A stretch of 64,000 nucleotides of DNA from NCBI GenBank assembly GCA_035758825.1, contig DASTWA010000009.1, positions 417 to 64,416 of the forward strand, given 5' to 3'. Position 1 is the stretch's first letter, and the number at the start of each line of letters is the position of its first letter. Positions 63,320 to 64,000 of this stretch are shown piece by piece. Under the pieces are notes generated by a model. That model was given only the letters and a program-made list of their open reading frames with translations, was not told where the DNA came from and did no database searches. Position numbers and translations under genes: made by a program. The stretch is from Candidatus Saccharimonadales bacterium. Its GTDB lineage: Bacteria; Patescibacteriota; Saccharimonadia; Saccharimonadales; UBA4665.

Positions 63320-64000
63320 CTAGCTGTTTTTGCGTAAACGTTCCTTAAGCGCCTTACGGGCGGTGCCGAGTTCGTCCCATTTGTGTTCGACGACACGGTC
63401 TGGATTGTGGTCGTCTTGTTGTAAATGGCGCAACGCAGCCGCCTTGGGGCCGTTGCGGAGAATGTCCTTTTCGTGGCCCTTCCCGAGCAGTAGCAGCGTA
63501 TCGCCTTTTTTGGCGCGCCCGACAGCGAACTTAATCGCCTCGGTACGGTCGTGTACCAAAAACAAATCTTTGTTGCGCTTTTTGCCCACAGCCTCGGCGC
63601 CGGCCGCAATCTCGCCCATAATGGCCGGGCCGTCCATATCACGGTCGTCTTCTTCGGTAACGACCACTTCGTCGGCATACTCTCCGGCAAGCCTGCCCTG
63701 CACCGCCCGCTTGGCTTCATCGCGGCGGCCCGCCGAGCCGAACAATACAATTAGCTTGCCTTTAACCACCGGTCTTAAATCCTCAAACAACTTTTCGAAG
63801 CTGTCGGGCGTATGGGCGTAGTCAACCAGCACGCTAAAATCCTGGCCTTCGTCGATGCGGGTCATACGGCCCTCAACACCTTCGAGCGCGGCAATCCCTC
63901 GCTCTATCTGCTTGGGCGTCAGGCCAATCGCTTCGCCCACCCCAACAGCAGCCAAGGAGTTGTATACATTAAAGCTCCCCGGCAGATGACAGGTGATGTT
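63320..64000 (-). CDS. murE: Mur ligase C-terminal part, MurE-like (N-terminus outside window)
   Basis: The frame stays open to the window edge. The sequence …VLVDYAHTPDSFEKLF…LIVLFGSAGRRDEAKR…LLLLGKGHE… is typical of UDP-MurNAc-tripeptide synthetases. Confidence 0.7.
   Translation of the reverse strand, partial: NITCHLPGSFNVYNSLAAVGVGEAIGLTPKQIERGIAALEGVEGRMTRIDEGQDFSVLVDYAHTPDSFEKLFEDLRPVVKGKLIVLFGSAGRRDEAKRAVQGRLAGEYADEVVVTEEDDRDMDGPAIMGEIAAGAEAVGKKRNKDLFLVHDRTEAIKFAVGRAKKGDTLLLLGKGHEKDILRNGPKAAALRHLQQDDHNPDRVVEHKWDELGTARKALKERLRKNS

Overview
Gene-dense 64-kb window (about 90% coding, roughly 70 CDS, mostly on the minus strand) from a small-genome bacterium with a Gram-positive-type envelope. 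My guess is a Patescibacteria/CPR lineage such as Saccharibacteria, which I cannot verify without a database. Most genes are core housekeeping: tlyA, efp, rpsR-ssb-rpsF, a PfkB kinase plus ahcY, ftsK, rnj, family-4 UDG, pnp, rpsO, truB, rpsT, holA, mutM, polA, rpoD, dnaG, orn, mscL, argS, an OmpR/HK two-component pair, PGI/PMI, sortase, tatAC, groES-groEL and murE (partial). A P-type ATPase and a polyprenyl synthase / phytoene-squalene synthase pair are also present. By eye I found no rRNA, tRNA, CRISPR array, transposase or integrase. Several near-consensus sigma70 promoters, two clear intrinsic terminators and CIRCE-like operators upstream of groES are readable directly. The best candidate for a novel system is a self-contained, translationally coupled plus-strand operon at 35135-38584. 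It encodes a 64-aa hydrophobic/cationic peptide, a PqqD(RRE)-like/M50-like membrane metalloprotease fusion, an ABC ATPase, a large permease and a 2-TM protein, which looks like a bacteriocin/RiPP-type production-export-immunity locus. Three phage tail-fibre/tailspike-like genes lie in housekeeping context with no other phage genes. Two of them share an N-terminal module, and one pair splits the conserved truB-rpsO junction. Other oddities:
- a DnaG whose four zinc ligands are all substituted
- a degenerate DHH protein with a ~400-aa Pro/Glu-rich tail
- a 27-bp inverted-repeat structured element between a DUF1361 gene and argS
- an AT-rich intergenic region with two consensus promoters (possible sRNA)
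- a sortase neighbourhood with a sorting-signal-like mini-protein
- a Tat-signal micro-protein next to tatAC
All functional calls come from reading motifs by eye, and no searches were run.
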